A stretch of DNA of 64,000 bases, taken from positions 6,696,001-6,760,000 of the forward strand of contig OY740817.1 in NCBI GenBank assembly GCA_963514005.1, written 5' to 3'. Position numbers and translations under genes: made by a program. Each line of letters begins with the position of its first letter. Positions within the stretch are counted from its first letter, which is position 1. Shown here one piece after another: positions 37,656 through 51,091 of this stretch. The DNA comes from Raja brachyura (lineage: Eukaryota). Under the pieces are notes generated by a model that was not told where the DNA came from, did no database searches, and saw nothing but the letters and a program-made list of their open reading frames with translations.

Positions 37656-38079
37656 TAAAATGTGTAAATAATAGCTTCACAATGTGAAAACTAAACAACT
37701 GCAGATACTGGAAATCTAAAACAAAAATGCTGGAAATATTCAGCAGGTCAGGCTGCATCTGTGGGTTTTAAAACAGTCAACGTTTCAGGAACAGAATGTA
37801 GACGAAATAAACTACAGGGTGGGAGAGGAAGATGTCCTCTCTAATATGGTAAAACCAGGGCAACCATTGGCATTGACCAGATAAGCTTTTTTTTTTTAAA
37901 TATAGCTTAGCAAGAACATGGACAAAATAATATGGAAGTTGCAAAATTCAGAGCAGGAGGACGTCCAACAAGTCACGCTGAACAGATCCTCAACTCCAAG
38001 AGATCTTTAAAGTAAAAAATAAAACATATTATCATAACATCGGAACTCCATTAATTAAGAAATAAATGTAATTTTGCAC

Positions 38080-38265
38080 CTCTTGTTTAATTTCTTGTTT
38101 TAGCTCCACAGTTTCTGGCTCAGTTTCTTCCTCTTCTTGCTTTTCCTCCATCTTTACATCAGACATTGGTGCTTCAGGAGCAGTCTGCTGAGAATTTGTG
38201 TCTGTACTACTGACCGATGCTGGGGTCGATACTCGGCCATCTGCACTCACTGCCGACTGTGAAAG
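38080..38265 (-). CDS. EP300: EP300 exon 15
   Basis: AG/GT flanks, 186 nt, LSQSAVSADGRVSTPASVSSTDTNSQQ...DVKMEEK. Confidence 0.9.
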
Positions 38266-38646
38266 CTAAAACAAACCAATTGCGATCAGGATATTGACAA
38301 AAAAAAACAGAGAATACATTCCATTAAAGAAAAACTGGTTAAAGGCACAACATTAACACTACAACAGTCGCACGTGGTTTCTTTTCTTAATTTAAGTTGT
38401 CTCTTAACTAGGTACATTTTCTTCTAAAATGTAAATCAAAGGACTCCCAATATTAATATAATGGTGTTCTGGCCAAAAAAACAGAACATTATGAGAAATG
38501 GAGAAGAGATGGATGTTTTAGTTGTAGAGGCAATAGATCAGATTGCAGTTTTGGCTATTATAAAATTATTTTTAAAAAAATTAAAAAAAACTTTTTCAGT
38601 AAATATTTGTAGATATGTTATTGAAAGTTTTAATAATAATACTCAC

Positions 38647-39090
38647 CGGGGTACTGGGATGTTGAGGCGGTACTGATGCAGTCGGTGTAGGGGTTGATGG
38701 TGTTGTATTCTGTTGTTGTGCTGCTGGGGTCAGTGGGGGCTGCTGCGGTTCCCGCTCTCGTTGCTGCTGCTTCACCCCAGCCGTGACCTGGGACGGCGGA
38801 GGGACTGACGGAGGACGGGGAAGCTGCGCTTGTGGAGGTGTCTGAACTTGAGGAGGGGGCGGCATTGACGGCGGTTGCGAATTGGGTGACGGCGTCTGTT
38901 GTCGCTGTTGAGGGGGAATGCTACTAGGCGGTGTCTGGTGAGGAGTGGGCGTGAGACTTCCTGGCCCAGGGGACGGGGAATTCTGATGAAGCGAAGGTTG
39001 AGAATGAGGTGGTGGACAATTGAATTGGGCATTCTGGACTCCTGGCTGCATGGAAGCAGAACTGTTGACAGGTAATGAGGTGTTCTGAGC
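38647..39090 (-). CDS. EP300: EP300 exon 14 (Pro/Gln-rich)
   Basis: AG/GT flanks, 444 nt, AQNTSLPVNSS...LHQNSPSP...TPTPHQTPPS...QHPSTP. Confidence 0.92.
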
Positions 39091-41197
39091 CTAACAAGGA
39101 AATACATAAAATAAAAGTCATTAACTCAATGAACTCGTGAAAAGAGACTAAATCAATTTGCAGAAACACTATACTAAAATTGATAATTCCTCTAAAAAAA
39201 CAGTTGGAAGCAAAACATTGTTTTAATATTTGAGTATATATTACTTCCGATAAGACGAAATTTATAGCTTGCGTAAAAAATAAATTTAAATAAAAGACAG
39301 AAAATATAGAATATTGGGGTCTCACGGTAATGCCACTAGAGGTTTAACCGTGACCTCAAATGCTGTCGGTGTGTAGTTCGTACGTTCCTCCTGTGAGGTC
39401 ATGGCTTACCCCCAGCTTCACATCACTGTAAATCGCAACACCAGAACCTGTCTAGGATTGCAACTCCCCCTCCCCTTACACAGCCATTGTCTGTAGTGAA
39501 AGAATTGCACAGTGGGGAAATTCCATGATAATTATCACTGAAAAGGAGGTGGCATTCGATGCCTTAGAAGGCTTAAAGGTGGATTAATTGCCAGGGACTG
39601 GTGAGATGTATACTAATCTGTTGGAACCCCAGCAATCTCCTGCCTCGCCTCCCAATGCAGGCTGCAATCATCTCATCAGAAACAAGGGATTAATGAGGAA
39701 GATGGATGAACTTTATTGCCTTCCCTCACAGTGGGAAACGTTGATTCCACTGTGGGGGGATGTTTATGTTAGTATTGTGTATTGTATTCTTTTTTTATTC
39801 GTATGGCTGTATAACTCAAATCTCACTGTACCAATTGGTGCATGTGACAATAAATGTTACTTGAAATTAAACTTAATCTATTTTTAAGCATGCTAAAGCA
39901 TCCAATGCCTCCTCATTTTCATTAGATGTTTTAGAAGGCATATGAAATACTTGCCTTCAGTAGGCAGGGCATAGGACATAAAAAAAGCAGGGAAGCTGTG
40001 GTACCAATATATAAAACATTAGTATACAGTTGGACTATGTAGGTAGCTCTGGTGGTAACACAATAGGAAGAATAGGATTATACTGGAGAGAATGCAGAGG
40101 AGATTCGCATGCCTGGCATGAAACATTTCAGCTGTAAGACATTGGATAGTTTCCTTGGCGCTGAGAAGATGTGGTGGGTGAGAGTTTAATCTAATTGGAG
40201 TGTACAAAATTTGGAGGGGCACAGATTAGTAGTGGAGTCAATGACCACAGTACATAGTTAAACTAGAGTTGAGGATTTGATGAGGCATTTCTTTCACCCA
40301 GAGGGCAGTTTAATCTTAAGTGCACTGTTTGTGGAAGGTACTCTCACATTTTAGTTGTATAAGATGAACAGTTGAAATGCTATTAAACAGAAGGCTACGG
40401 TCAGAGTGCAGGAAAATAGTATTAGTATAGGTGAGTACACGATCACTAACATAGATATAGTGGGGCCCACGGAACCGCTTCTGTGTGACAAGGCCCCTTT
40501 AAATAAAAACTAACATCTGGTAGATTTTACGACTCGTTTGTCTTTGGGGAAAAAAGCCCTTATACCTCTGCCATTTTACCTTGGACATCTGGTATACGAT
40601 TAAATTGCTACATCGTGACAAATTAATGATGGGGTCTACTCATTTTATTCTCTTCGGTTCACTTGCTGATTTTTTTTCTCCCTGCATGGATCTTTAACAT
40701 TCTTTACTTGATTCCCAGATGAGATTGACAATTCAAAAGACTTAAACTTTGATTTGTTTTTTAGATATGGTCATTTGTCCATTAAGGTCCCCCAAATGTC
40801 AATACGAAATGGGAATAAAGGGAGCCAAAAGTTATCCACTGATTAATATTGAAACCATTTCAAATGTAATAACGCAAAGCATTAAGATGGAAACATGAGG
40901 CTTGTTACCTCAATGTAGTTTAAAAAAACAATGCATTTTACTCCATCTAGTAAATCATTCAATATTGATTTAAGTATGGAAGGAGGATTCCCTTTGTTGC
41001 CATTTCCTCAGAATTAAAATTTGATGGGATTTATCCAACAATCCTTTCCAGTGTATTAATCCCATTTAGGAACTTGACTGTGCCAGTCTCAATCATGTGT
41101 TTAAGATTATTGATAATAATATCTATGAAGTTCGTCAAATTAAAAAGTAACCAACAAGTTTGAATACAAAAGAGGTAGAGGAAAGACTATTTAATAC

Positions 41198-41356
41198 CGG
41201 AGACATGACAGGCTGGTTGCTGGCTTGCGTCATGGTGGTACTGCCAGTGTTCATTCCAGGAGAGGATACAGGAAACTGATTAGGGGTCAGGAACTGATTC
41301 TGGCCAGGATGCTGTGCAGCCATTGGCTGTGACATTCGGGAAGTGGTTAATCCCAT
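41198..41356 (-). CDS. EP300: EP300 exon 13
   Basis: AG/GT flanks, 159 nt, MGLTTSRMSQP...GQNQFLTPNQFP. Confidence 0.88.
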
Positions 41357-41579
41357 CTGTGAACAAAAAAAAATAAATACTGATGTGAGAAGACAAGCGA
41401 TTTCAGAAAGACATTTAATTAATTGTATTTCAGGGGGTTTACGTTGTGTAGAATGTCGTTGATTCTTATGGCAGTATCACGGAACTGTCTGCTGATGGCA
41501 TTCAGTGCAGAAAGAAGTCAAATGCCTTGGCCATTCAACGCTTCAATATGCGTGGCAGATCAGTGTCATCGCTAGATTG

Positions 41580-41809
41580 TGTAAGGAGGAACTACAGATG
41601 CTGCTTCACACCACAGATAGACACAAAAAGCTGGAGTATCCCAGCGGGTCAGGCAGCATCTCTGGAGAAAAGGAATAGGTGATGTTTCAAGGCTAGACTC
41701 TTCATCAGCCAATCTAATGAAGGGTCTCAACCCGAAACTCACCTACTGCTTTTCTCCAGAGATGCTGCCTGACCCGCAGCTACTCCAGCCTTTTGTGTCT
41801 ATTTTCAAG
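41580..41809. mobile_element. Inverted doublet of Penelope-derived repeats
   Basis: Reverse then forward copy; flanks GCT(A/G)GATTG. Confidence 0.7.
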
Positions 41810-41904
41810 GCTGGATTGGCAGTTTAAGAGCATGTTTACCCAGGCACTGGGATAAGTGGACTCAAAGACGGGGCAATTGAGGAAAAATCTTTTCATTTAG
41901 TAAG

Positions 41905-42720
41905 GTGACGTTTAATGTGGAGAAATGTGAGGTTATCCATTTTGGTAGCAAAAACAGGAAGGCAGATTACTATCTAAATGGCATCAAGTTGGGAAAAGGG
42001 AAAGTACAGTGGGATCTGGGGGTCCTTATTCATCAGTCTATGAAAGTGAGCATGCAGGTACAGCAGGCAGTGAAGAAAGCGAATGGCATGTTGGCCTTTA
42101 TAACAAGAGGCGTCGAGTATAGGAGCAAAGAGGTCCTTCTGCAGTTGTACAGAGCCAGAGTGAGACCACAACTGGAGTATTGTGTGCAGTTTTGGTCCTC
42201 TAATTTGAGGAAGGACATTCTTGCTATTGAGGGAGTGCAGCGTAGGTTTACAAGGTTAATTCCCGGGATGGCAGGACTGTCATATGCTGAGAGAATGAAG
42301 CAGCTGGGCTTGCACTCTGGAGTTTAGAAGGATGAGAGGGGATCTTATTGAAACATATAAGATTGTTAAGGGTTTGGACACACTGTAGGCAGGAAACATG
42401 TTCCCGATGTTAGGGGAGTCCAGAACCAGGGACCAGAGTTTTAAAATAACGGGTAAGCCATTTAGGACGAAGACGAGGAAACACTTTTTCTCACAGAGAG
42501 TTGTGAGTCTGTGGAATTCTCTGCCTCAGAGGGCGGTGGAGGCAGGTTCTCTGGATGCTTGCAAGAGAGCCGGATAGGGCTCTTAAAGACAGCGGAGTCA
42601 GGGGATATGTGGAAAACGCAGGAACGGGGTACTGATTAGGGACGATCAGCCATGATCGCAATGAATGTAGGTGCTGGCTCAAAGGGCCGAATGGCCTACT
42701 CCTGCACCTATTGTCTATTG
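41905..42720 (+). mobile_element. CR1 LINE 3' fragment
   Basis: FNVEKCEVIHFG...KKANGMLAFI...LEYCVQFWS; same tail as 31915. Confidence 0.92.
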
Positions 42721-43303
42721 TTGTCGAACTCTCAAACCAATCATTAGCTCTGCAACGGTCTGTTACTGAGATCTTAAGAATATCCAGATTGGCAAATTAA
42801 ATAAACAGCGCCTGCTTGTTCATGGCAATTAATTTTGTTAGGCGATTTTCAATTTGATGCAAATTAGACGTGCAATTTTATTCCAACTTGATTCTGCAGA
42901 TTTGATTAACAATATGCTTGCGTAATGGATATAAGCAAGACAAATAATTTGTAATCAGAAAACAATTGATTTGCATAACAGAAAGTATCGCCATCTTACC
43001 ACTATACTTTGATGTTTGTTTAATCTGCTTTTATGCAGCTGTTTGGTATAGCATAAAATCAATATTCATTCATACGCTATGTGCATATTTAATATAAAAG
43101 AGGAATGGATTAAAAACAGTATTATCAAATGCCAAGTACATAATTAGCAAGTCCTTAATTTGCATAATTTAGTGATACCAATAATCCATATTCCTGCTTC
43201 AAAATAACCCATCCTCAATGTAGCACTTGACTAAAATTTTAATTTTTAATGCGTTTTAATGGAGAGGTTTTTCTGAGAATGGTGGAGAAGATTCAAACTA
43301 AAC

Positions 43304-43416
43304 CTGATTCATGGGTCCTGTTTGCGTCATCTGTCCTGGATGCGGTAATGGAGGATTTAAGCGTTGTCCCAGACCAGGCATTTGCATACTGTTCATAGAT
43401 GGAAACTGATTCATTC
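43304..43416 (-). CDS. EP300: EP300 exon 12
   Basis: AG/GT flanks, 113 nt, MNQFPSMNSMQMPGLGQRLNPPLPHPGQMTQTGPMNQ; phases fit neighbours. Confidence 0.87.
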
Positions 43417-43701
43417 CTGGATTGAACACAGTAACAAAACAAAAAGCACCTTTTAATAGAAAAGTGTGAAAGCGTCATTTACACCATTAACCAAATCTAA
43501 TGGACATGGATTGTAGTCGCCAGCAAAAACGTTTTTTTATTACTTATTTACACATAACCCTCTTAACCCCATTTCATACGGTTTACATAACAATATTTCA
43601 CATTTTAATAGCTTTTAATTATTAAAATGTAAGCATTTTAATGCAATAAAATTGTATCAAAAATGTTTCGATAAGCGAGTTCGGTATTCCGATTGCACAT
43701 A

Positions 43702-44624
43702 CCCAGGTCAAAGGTCACTGTGCAAAAACAACAGCTGTGGCAAACAGTGAACCTTCATTTCTCCCGTTTTTTCCAGCTTTGATTCTTCTAGGTAAGAAAA
43801 TACTGTTTTCAAACTATGAAATAGTTGGATTTATCGTTCCTTTGTGAAAAGCTAAGATTATTTTGTTGTTTTTATTGCGTTATAATGCTTTGGTGAGTGA
43901 GGGAGATCGTGCTCGTCCGTGGTCGGGTCTGGGTCGCTGCTGGGCCGTCCCCGCCCCATCCCGGGTGCTTCGTCCCTGTCCGGGGGTGGCCAGAGCCAAC
44001 TGGAGGTGTCGGGCCGGGCTTGCAGCCGGCGCGGGGAGGAGGCAGAGTTGCTGCAGTGCTTTGTGTATGGCTGGTGCTCGGCTTTCGCCGTCGCCGGGGC
44101 TGGCGTTTGCCGCTTCTCTGCGCTAGCTGTGGGCCTGGGGCTGCTGGTGTCGGTCACGGCCAGTGCGGAGAAGAAGCGGCAACCCCAGCTCAACTCTCGC
44201 TGGGCCAACCGACAGTCCCGGACCGACGACACCAACTAGACAGGGACGAGACACCCGGGAGGGGACGGGGACGGCCCATCAGCAACTCAACAGACCCGGA
44301 CCCGACACCGACCACGATCTCGCTCACTCACCAAAGCACGACGCAATAAAAACAACAAATTAATCTTAGCTTTTAACAAAGGAACAATAAACACAATTAT
44401 TTCTTCGTTTGAAAGCAGTATTTTCTTACCTAGAATAATAAAAGCTGGAAAAAACAGAAGAAATGAAGGTGGACAAAAATGCTGGAGAAACTCAGCAGGT
44501 GAGGCAGCATCTTTGGAGCAAAGGAAATGGGCAACGTTTCGGACCAAAAGCCTTCTTCAGAAATGAAGGTGCACAACTTCACTGCTTACCAGGGCTGTTT
44601 ATGCATAGTGACCTTTGACCTGGG
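43702..44624. mobile_element. Foldback/MITE-like element with ~280-bp inverted arms and GC-rich core
   Basis: Ends CCCAGGTCAAAGGTCAC / GTGACCTTTGACCTGGG; TA on both sides; arms complementary well into the element. Confidence 0.85.
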
Positions 44625-45454
44625 TATAGTCAGAAAATATGGCCTTTTGTGGCATGCATCAAAAGATGTCAAGAATGATGTCTAGTTTGCCAACAATATT
44701 GTTCTTAATGCCTGAAAGAACCAATCCCACTAACTTTCTGCTTTGGTCAACATGTGACTTCATATTATAGTGTTGCCTTAAACCATAAATCATCCCAGGC
44801 CAATCCAAAAGCAGATTTTAGACTTCAACATTTCCATGTAATATGAATATTTCAGCTGAATCTCCAGTTAGACCAATGGGGGGGGGGGGGGGGGGGGGGA
44901 ATGTGTTAATATAGTAAAAGGCTGCTGTAGCAGCTTACTGGACCAATACTTCAGAGCAACAAAAAAAGTGGTTGCCCTCAAGTATTTTTTGATGTTTGCT
45001 ATTCACTGAAACTTAGTCAATAAAAGAACTGTTGATCATACTTAATGTTAATCGATTATTTTGTTTAGTCTATCATTCATAAACTCCGACTGATTGACCC
45101 ACACCACAACCAATTATAGAGAACCGATCATAACATTGAAGATCAATACTATGTTGAAAATATTGGTTAAACGCGCAAGGCTATTATTGATAACTCAATA
45201 ATCAATTAAAAAAGATTATTTATCTACATTGTGCCACAAATCAGGGAATTGCCCTTTAATTGCATAAACAAGGAGCTACGACAAAGACATGATTGCAACC
45301 AAACTCCACAGATCAATATAATTGTTGAGTGTATTGTTGGTGAGAGGCTGGAAGTTTTTAAAACAAGTTTGCAATCATTTCGATTGTACAGCACAATTCA
45401 TTTATACCAGTCACACTTCTACACAAGAAATACATTTTGAAAAATGTATGTTAC

Positions 45455-45532
45455 CACTTGGGGTCTGCATCCGGTTCATGATCTGACTTGGCACATTGGG
45501 CCGCATAAGGGTAGGGTCAGAAAGTGGCCCAT
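45455..45532 (-). CDS. EP300: EP300 exon 11
   Basis: AG/GT flanks, 78 nt, GPLSDPTLMRPNVPSQIMNRMQTPS. Confidence 0.88.
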
Positions 45533-47387
45533 CTGAAATGCAACAGGATCAGATATAAACAAAAATGTGGTCAAATGCCAGAATAATGCAAAAGTATTTT
45601 TTTTTCTGCCAAAGGAATGGGGAGAGAGGAGGGAAGCAATGCATGATTGAATTATGCAATTCAACAATGGCATAAATGTATGAAACAATGCATTCATGTC
45701 AACGATGAAAGGGTTCTTTCCTTTTTTACCATGTGCATTTTATAATCCTGAATACAACATAGAAGTAGTCCTCCAAACCAAAGGAAATATTTTGAAACTG
45801 CATTAACATAGCATGGCTTTAATTTTTGGAACTATAACAGAAGTGTACAAATCTAAGTAGGGTAGGACTGTAGAGCATGTTTATAACATAGTCTGTGGCG
45901 ATACAATATCCAAGATCCAGGCTGACTTCCCTTTCCAGTGACGGTCCTAGGCCAAGCAGGACCACTATCTGCTTAATGCCAATTGCATCTTTAATGAGTA
46001 GCAATGCTTGTTTTTTGTGCTGACTACAAGTTCCTCCAATCCAGACTTTTTTTTCCTATGTAGAACATAGGATATGGGATAACCAGTTTCTATTTGAAAA
46101 GATGCACATGCGTAATGCCTTTTAGATAATGGCAAAATGAGTCTTGGCCGAAACCACTTCACCACAGAGTCAAATAATTTGCCAACACTAACTAAGCAGT
46201 AGAAGGCCGTACTTAGTTGAAGTTTTGGAAAACTGCTAACACCACGAGAACAGTAACGCTGCAATTATCAATCTCAGAAGAGAAAGCATCTGAACAAATA
46301 TCTGTACAGCAAGAAAAACTCACTAGCTCCTTCAAACCTTTTTAATCCAATGCAAATGTGACCTTTTACTCCAATTAATCATTAAAAAACTAATTAAAAG
46401 TAGAATTCCCAAGGCCAGACACTAAATTACTTGTGCTACCCTTTACTATTAAGTTATATATGAATCCCAAGAGATGGTTTTAAATTTCGTCACATAATAC
46501 TGTGAAAGAATACAAAAATAAGATCATGCATCGAGTCCATACGTTCAATTGTATTTTCTGATTACAGGCCCAAACCATAAATGCCATAGTTGCCTTTTCT
46601 GTTTATAAATGCTGATAAACAGCATTTTCATTGTATTTTAAAACATTCCTTTCCTTTCTTAGTTAACAACAGACAGGAGCACTGTTCCACAACATTGGCG
46701 ATCACCTACTGCAGAAGTCACAAGACTCCAATGTATGAATTCGGGCTGAATGCTGACCAACTGAACATTCAACTGCGGAGTTACTGCATGAAGACCACAT
46801 GCAGCTCGTATCAGGGACTCAAACAAACTCAGTTTACAGCTGGAATCACCTGGTAAATGATTTCTGTTTTAGTCCAAGGTTTCACAAAAATTATGATATG
46901 TACCACCTTCACCTGACACCAGCAAACAAATTTAACAGTCCAAATGTTAATCACCAGTTTGCTTGAAATCATGATGTCTAATGCCTACAAGGAGATTAAA
47001 AATATATATATATATATACACTGATCCAAATGAAGTAAATTATTAAAATGAACAAATCAAAATAGCATGGGAGAAAAGGAAATGCAGATGCTGGTTTACA
47101 AAGAAAAAACAAGTTGCTGGTGTAACGCAGCAGATCAGGAGCCTCAAGAGGACAGGGATACGTGTTGTTTCAGTCAGGACCCTTCATACTCTCTGGCTCC
47201 ACCCAAAAAGCCAAAAAAGTGCTGCATATGTACTTTAATTATGCGCAAATCACAGTACTGGGAAAAATAAAGAATCCATATTGGAGTCCATTAAGCATTT
47301 GACAAATGTGAAAAAAAGAGGTTCTTTTAATTCATTCACATTTTCAAAAAAACATTACAAAAGTGCAACAAAATCCCAGCTTCTTAC

Positions 47388-47562
47388 TCGGAGGGAGTCC
47401 CGACTGCAGCTGTGTCATGCTGGGAGGCTGGGCTCCTCCTGCAGATAGCAGACCACTTTGGTTTGGCATCACACCTTGTTTCTGAAGCCTAGTGCGGCGC
47501 TTTTCCTCAAGTTCTTTCTGAATCTTGTAGATCTTCTCAGCCAGCAGATGATAGTACTCAGC
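47388..47562 (-). CDS. EP300: EP300 exon 10 (KIX C-terminus)
   Basis: AG/GT flanks, 175 nt, AEYYHLLAEKIYKIQKELEEKRRTRLQKQ. Confidence 0.96.
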
Positions 47563-48230
47563 CTGAATTTACAAAGATAAATTAGTCTCATTTTTATAAA
47601 GGGAAGATCACAAAATCTAATGGCAAACAATAAAAAGGCAGCAAGGTCAAAACAGGGAATGAACCTAAACAGTTCCAAAAGATAACAAGTATAAATTAGC
47701 AGCTTTCTTGCATGCTGCAAGTCCACATTTAAACCCAACTCAAAATGGCAGGAAATGTGTTTTTTATTTTCATTCATAACTGTTATGTCAGCTCAGTGTC
47801 ATTCCAACTCTGTTCAGAAATTATGGTAATAGTCGCTCACAGCTTGTTTGACTAACTGTTGCATCCTTTCACATGCTTAAATGACAACTAATGGAATTTC
47901 GGTCCATATGCTTTGTGCATATATAGAGCTAGTGCCATACAAAGCCCTGATTAAGCCACATCCAGAAGACTGAAACTAGTTCTAGTACCTCATATTCCTA
48001 TAACTTGTTGTCTCCACATACTTTTGATAGACTACAGAAATGGCTATAATGGGTTCAATTGACCAGACAGTACTGCAATTATTTAAACTATACTTAGCAT
48101 TCTGTGCAGTTCAATTTTCAAACAGTTACATCATACATAATTACACATTTATCATAACATGTTTGTGAGAACCAGCCCCAATGCTTTCCACTAAGCCAAG
48201 TTCAAATTGAAATCTTGAATTGTAATTTAC

Positions 48231-48348
48231 CCTGCAGTTAGCAGATTCGTACATGTCTCCTTCCACTTTTCTTGCATAAGCCACCAGGTTTTCCATTCGT
48301 CTATCTTTCAATGCTGCAGGATCAGGTGTTGGGAATATGGCTTGAACT
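48231..48348 (-). CDS. EP300: EP300 exon 9 (KIX)
   Basis: AG/GT flanks, 118 nt, [39 protein letters not shown]. Confidence 0.97.
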
Positions 48349-49193
48349 CTGCATAGAGGGAAATAGTGATTTAAAATATCTCGGGTGCACAATGAGCAAA
48401 AGTGAACTTTAAACATACAGGAAGGCAGCATCAATCTTTAATTTATGCAGCAGGCTTCATAACATAATTAACATTTACAACCTATAGTACCAACTTTAAA
48501 TTCAGTTTTGTCAGAGAGAAGCGGCTACACCATCACAAAGAGGAAGCTGTGTTAAATATCTCACAAAATAAATAAATTGCAAAGAACCCGAGTTACTGAA
48601 ACGTTCTGCATCATTGACACTTGTTTGTGGCTCTTTTTATAATTAAGCCATACATAGAAACAATTCTGCCTCTTGCCTATCCAATTAGTTTCTTCCTTCA
48701 TAGCTTTACAAATCTTCTTTCCAATATTTATCCAATACGTCTTTTGAAAATAATTAATGAATCGGTTGCTTTTAAGGCTTTGGATTCTGTGGAGAACTCA
48801 CTTTTCTTTATATTGCTTCCAATTATTTTGCAATGAACTCTAAATTTGCAACAGAGATAGTTTGCATGAGGATAAACCACATGTATAGTCAGCTTTTGTG
48901 AGTGTGCAATAACCAGTTGTAATGACGAATGGAATTAAACTGCCTCATGTGCATATCCATAAAGCGGCCATATAGCAGAAGCGGGGCTGGAAACTGGAAG
49001 TATCCTGAGCTAATTCTGCTACCACCATCACCTATTGTAACAAGTGATGGCTCCCACTGATTGTCGCCGGAAGCTTGCGTCCTTTTCAGGACGGACGAGG
49101 ACAGCGATGTCAACATTTGTAACAAGATGGACTCGAAAGAAGAAGATCTTCAAAGCAATTCATCTGCCATGAATAAATTATAATCCCACTTAC

Positions 49194-49331
49194 AATTTGT
49201 GCACAAGATGATTGCGTAGGTCCTGAGTGACATCTTCATGCCATGATTTCCGAATGCCAGTACTTGAGGGGGGTGCTGCTGTTGGCACCGCACTTAGATT
49301 GCCAACACCTGTTCCATCAGATAACATTTGG
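49194..49331 (-). CDS. EP300: EP300 exon 8 (KIX start)
   Basis: AG/GT flanks, 138 nt, PTAAPPSSTGIRKSWHEDVTQDLRNHLVHK. Confidence 0.96.
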
Positions 49332-49536
49332 CTGCAAATATCAAAAGTTGATATGAGTATGGAAATAGGCAATAGTGAATAGCATGTTATTGAATCCAGC
49401 CCCCATTACAGATTCAAAAACACTGACCTAAAAGCATACAGGTATGGCCATGGATTCTAATAGCTCTTTATTCCATGATCAGCCACACATGATAGTTGTA
49501 ACAGTAAAGTTCTTAAGCTTGGTCATAAGAATATAG

Positions 49537-49850
49537 GGCAACAGTGGCACAGCGGTAGAGCTGCTGCCTTTGCAGTGACAAACACCCGGGTTCAATCCTG
49601 ACTGCGGGTGCGGTCTGTATGGAGTTTGTACGTTCTCCCTGTGACCGCGTGGGTTTTCTCTCTGTGCTCCAGTTTCCTTACAAACTCCAAAGACGTCGAG
49701 GTTTGTAGGTCAATTGGCTTTGGTAAAAAAAAAAATTCTGTACATTGTCACTAGTGTGTAGGATGGTGTTAGTGTATGGGGTAACTGCTGGCCGTCACGG
49801 ACTCATTGGGCCGAAGGGCCTGTTTCTGTACAATATCTCTAAAGTCTAAA
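49537..49850 (+). mobile_element. tRNA-derived V-SINE (HE1-like), near full length
   Basis: A box TGGCACAGCGG, B box GGTTCAATCC, V-domain-like GGAGTTTGTACGTTCTCCC...GGGTTTTCTC, CR1-like tail GGGCCGAAGGGCCTGTTTC. Confidence 0.85.
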
Positions 49851-49975
49851 GCAATGCATCTCTAAGCTGCAAGGACAACATTGGCAACCAAAATAGGTTT
49901 AAGATGTTTGCATTAAAATATCAGCAGTGGAAAGATATTGAACTGTAAATGAGTTAAAATGAGTCCTAGACTTAC

Positions 49976-50084
49976 TTTGCTGAAGTCATGGATGGCAGCA
50001 GCATAGCATCGTGCAGTAAGCTGGACTGCTGGGTGGAGGTCTGCACACCCACATTACTTCCATTTACACCCATTTGATTGGTAC
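49976..50084 (-). CDS. EP300: EP300 exon 7
   Basis: AG/GT flanks, 109 nt, TNQMGVNGSNVGVQTSTQQSSLLHDAMLL; phases fit exons 6 and 8. Confidence 0.88.
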
Positions 50085-50848
50085 CTATAACATGCATGGA
50101 ACAAGTCATTGGTAGAACTGAGGCATCATCTCATTTGATGACAATCCAATTGGTTCACATGCATATATATTCTTGTCACACAATAATTTATTCACACACT
50201 AATCTATAAAACATTTCTTTGAAATGCACCATTATGATCCTGAGAGCTCTCATTTTCAGCAATATTTTATAGCTGTATGTGTTGTTTCATCTTTCTTTCC
50301 CCCCCCCCCCCAAAACAGAGTTAAATAAGTTACAAATATGTATGAAGCTGTCAAACAATATCCAGAGCGGTAAAAAGCTAAGTCCCCTTCACTAACCCCT
50401 CCATTAAGTTCCAGATATACATTTGATTTCCCTATAGCAGTTTTACAGCTGGAATTCATTCTATCATTTAATACTACAGTCATGCGTCTCATTTTCTTCT
50501 TAGTAATATCCGAATTGCCAGTAACACTCAGAAGAGCACTTTATCCAATCCAAACACAAAGTTTTAAAGATCTTAAAGTGCCTCAATACATTTCCACAAA
50601 TTTGCCCAGTATTTATAAAGCAAGAAAAATAATTCTGAAGGCATTATCTCTGGCAAACAGAATAGAAAGTGAACTGCTGCAGATTTTAATAAAATAGCTT
50701 TACTTGTTAAATCTTAATTACCAATACTTAAGGGCTAGTTCAGTAATTATGCACAAAATGAAATGTCTAGAGAATTGCAAATAACAACCAGTGAACAAAT
50801 TATCTTCAACAATCGGAGCTATTTTGCGAGTAGCTTGGCTGTACCTAC

Positions 50849-51091
50849 CCATAGCATTCATAGACCGCAGAGATTGGTGCCCCTGTGAAGACTGAGACGA
50901 TTGTTGGTTCTGCATCGCAGGTTGAGGCTGCATCTGATTACCCTGATATGTGAGTCCAAGTGCTGCGTAGGCTCTCTCTATAGAGCTTGGGTCGATCTGA
51001 CTGGTAGTGTTTATACTTGGTGTGGTTGGTTGTCCAACTCCTACTGACCCTAATGAATTTCCTAATCCTACTGCTGCACCAGCTAATAATG
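50849..51091 (-). CDS. EP300: EP300 exon 6
   Basis: AG/GT flanks, 243 nt, ...SQIDPSSIERAYAALGLTYQGNQM. Confidence 0.93.

Noticed and set aside
44878-44899. Long G/C homopolymer runs (also near 21344, 25445, 26005, 57797, 60896, 61930)
   Set aside because: Simple microsatellites, several inside transposons; lengths may be assembly-dependent; nothing specific supports a G-quadruplex function.
49545-49605. tRNA gene
   Set aside because: The A and B boxes belong to a SINE head; no complete cloverleaf is evident.
50841-50850. Tandem donor G|GTAG|GTACAG at exon 6
   Set aside because: The +4 site would frameshift, and such overlapping donors are common by chance.
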